64,000 nucleotides of DNA from NCBI RefSeq assembly GCF_009914755.1, contig NC_060947.1. One strand, written 5' to 3'. This DNA comes from the human T2T-CHM13v2.0 reference genome, Homo sapiens. The first letter of the stretch is position 1, and each line of letters opens with the position of its first letter. Under the pieces are notes generated by a model that was given only the letters and a program-made list of their open reading frames with translations, was not told where the DNA came from and searched no databases. This document shows positions 60,667 through 64,000 of the stretch, one piece after another. Made by a program: the position numbers and the translations under genes.

Positions 60667-60939
60667 TGTAAAAAATAAAAATAATATTATGAAGTACAGA
60701 GGGATCTCCCTGCAGGCACCACTGAGAGCTGAAACATCGGGGCACCTGGGGGCGAAAGACATGAGTGGGAACAACTTCAGCTAAAAGGAATGCAAAGGGA
60801 TTGCAGATGTAAAAGGGAGAGTTCACAGCAGAGAGTGAGAGGAGCGCCTGCCAGGAACATCACAGAAGCTGGAAAACAAGTGGGGGAGTGATAACTGATT
60901 CAAGGGATCAGCGTGAACTTGGAAAAAAGTGGTGGGAGG

Positions 60940-61070
60940 CACCAAGGGCACGTGCCCACAGAGGAAAGGCCACATGAGGCCACCACCCAGATGAGAGGCC
61001 TTGGAAGAAACCAACCCTGCTGGCACCGTGATCCTGGGCTTCCAGCCTGCAGGGCTGTCAGACCATTACG
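60940..61070 (+). mobile_element. MaLR LTR fragment
   Basis: cacagaggaaaggccacatgagg...gaagaaaccaaccctgctggcaccgtgatcctgggcttccagcct. Confidence 0.7.
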
Positions 61071-62616
61071 GTGTTGGACCGACACTGTAAAGAAAGAAGC
61101 AGTGATAGCACACATGGTTGTCTCGCTCCAGTTCTAAAAGCGGGAAGGATGCTGGGCGCGGTGGTCTCCAGAAGGCCCCTCCATGTTTCTCTGTGGCACC
61201 CGCAGCACCTGGATGTCAGCACTGGGAGAAACCGCCTCCACATTCATCTGTAAAATCCGAGCATCAGTGAGCTCAACTCTCCCGCTTTCTCAGCTCTCTG
61301 TTTCCATTAGGTTTGGTTGATCTGGGCCAGGGCCAGCATCAGAGGCAAACCCAAAGCTGTTCTCTGTGGGCTGACCTCTTCTGCCTTCTCTTACGTGTCT
61401 GCCATGTCCACTAGCCTGTGAGCTTCAGGAGACAAAGGAGCATGTTTCTTCTTCCTGATACCCCCGAAACTTGCACAGTACATGCTATCAAATGCAGATT
61501 CAATGAGGGCTCTTTGCATTACAATTTTGAAAAAGAATCATGCACTATGATTTAGCGTCTCTTCCCATCAAAACCCAGGCCCATAGAGCAATTGCCTTTG
61601 CCTGTGATGCACACCTCCTACCTGTTCTCCCCCCAACCCGGCATCTCTGTCTTGCAGACCAAACACAAAACTCATTGCCATCCCTCTTCAACCTGGCTTC
61701 CTTTCTGACTTCCCTTCAGGTTCCCCAGGCAGAACCATGGGGATCATCTGACCCTCTGTCTCCCTCATCCTTCCCTAACCCACCAGCCCGTGTCCTACTG
61801 ACTCAGTCCCCAAAGTCCCTCTCGCTCCCCACTGGATCCTCAGTGTCTGGTAGTACAGTGCCTGACGTGGGAGGTACACAGCGACCACTAGGTGAATACA
61901 AGAATGATGTGATTGAGGGTGTTTTCGGTCTCATATGCTGCCCATGCTCGGTGATGCAGTAAATCATCATCTGTTTGGAACGGTCTAAGTCTCCAGCCAG
62001 AAAGGAGGGAGAAGGCACCATGTGACCCTGCATCTCCCTTGCCAGTGCTCTGATTTGACGTTCTAGAAGAGTAGTCTTTATGCCGGGGCACATGCTCCCC
62101 TGAGGATTATGAAGCCTGTCCAGGAGGGGCTCAGCATGGATGGTCCCAAGGAGCCAATGTCCCGCCTCAGCTTGCACAGGGGCTCTAACCTAACCTGCCT
62201 TTCCCAGAAACCTGACCCCAGTTGACAAGAGCAGGATGTTGCACCATGATACGTCGTGGGGTCAAAGGCTACCAGGCACCAGGAAAAGAAGCCATTTGAA
62301 ATACCGCCTCCTTTCACCAACCTGACATCTCCACCTCTGCATTTCAGGAAAAGAAATACATCCAAAAGAATTTTCCCTTCACATTTAATAATTACAAAAA
62401 TTGTGTTATTTTCCTCAATTACATGCTAGGAAAACTTGTAGGAATTTTGCCATCTCGAATAAATGTTTTAACACTTAGGGGAAAAAAAGTAGTGGGAGGC
62501 AGCCAGTGGCAAAGTTGGGTTTGCACAAGAATCGGAGGCACCAGATAACTCAGAAACAATGTGTGTGTATGTGTTGGGGAGTGCAGAACAAGATGATTTA
62601 TTGGAAGTCTCTATAA

Positions 62617-63630
<1,014 letters not shown>

Positions 63631-63644
63631 ACAACACTCTAGAC

Positions 63645-63961
63645 CAGGGGTCCCCAACCCCAGGCCACTGACCAGTACTAGTCTGTGGCCTGTTAGGAAC
63701 CGGGCTGCAGAGCAGGAGGTGACTGGTGGGCAAGTGAGCATTCCCGCCTGAGCTCCATCTCCTGGCAGATCAGCAGCGGCATCAGATTCTCATAGGAGCA
63801 CGAACCCTATCATGAACTGCGAATGTGTGGGATCGAGGTTGTGCCTGATGATCTGAGGTGGAACAGTTTCATCCTGAAACCATACCCCCCAACCCTCCAT
63901 CCATGGAAAAATTATCTTCCACGAAACTGGTCCTTGGTGCCAAAAAGATTGGGGACCACTG
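63645..63961 (+). mobile_element. MER1-type hAT-Charlie non-autonomous DNA transposon (MER1B-like)
   Basis: Terminal inverted repeats caggggtccccaa / ttggggaccactg; 8-bp TSD ctctagac / ctctagag. Confidence 0.92.
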
Positions 63962-64000
63962 CTCTAGAGCAAATGGACCTAGCAGACATACACAGAACAT

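Noticed and set aside
61151-61168. Alu-head-like 18-mer gctgggcgcggtggtctc
   Set aside because: Too short and lacks insertion-site context; may be chance.

Overview
GC-rich human genomic DNA, recognisable as the Xq28 SLC6A8-BCAP31-ABCD1 cluster. It holds three intact spliced genes. SLC6A8 (creatine transporter, + strand) has 13 coding exons, CDS 240-6881, 635 aa. BCAP31 (- strand) has 7 coding exons, CDS 34907-12603, 246 aa, plus an upstream in-frame exon giving 313 aa. ABCD1 (ALDP, + strand) has 10 exons, CDS 36930-55399, 745 aa. SLC6A8 and BCAP31 are tail-to-tail; BCAP31 and ABCD1 are head-to-head across a shared CpG island. I checked all coding exon boundaries by hand (GT-AG, frame-consistent). 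The rest is intron or intergenic DNA with about 26 Alus, L1/L2/MIR, MaLR LTRs, a MER1 DNA transposon and CR1/L3 relics; repeat families were assigned by eye. The most interesting signal is a 15-codon Phe/Cys-rich upstream ORF (7-54, MRFFRLTFKCFVDCF*) in the SLC6A8 5' leader, too short for the ORF track. It is a candidate peptide-dependent, possibly creatine-responsive, translational control element.
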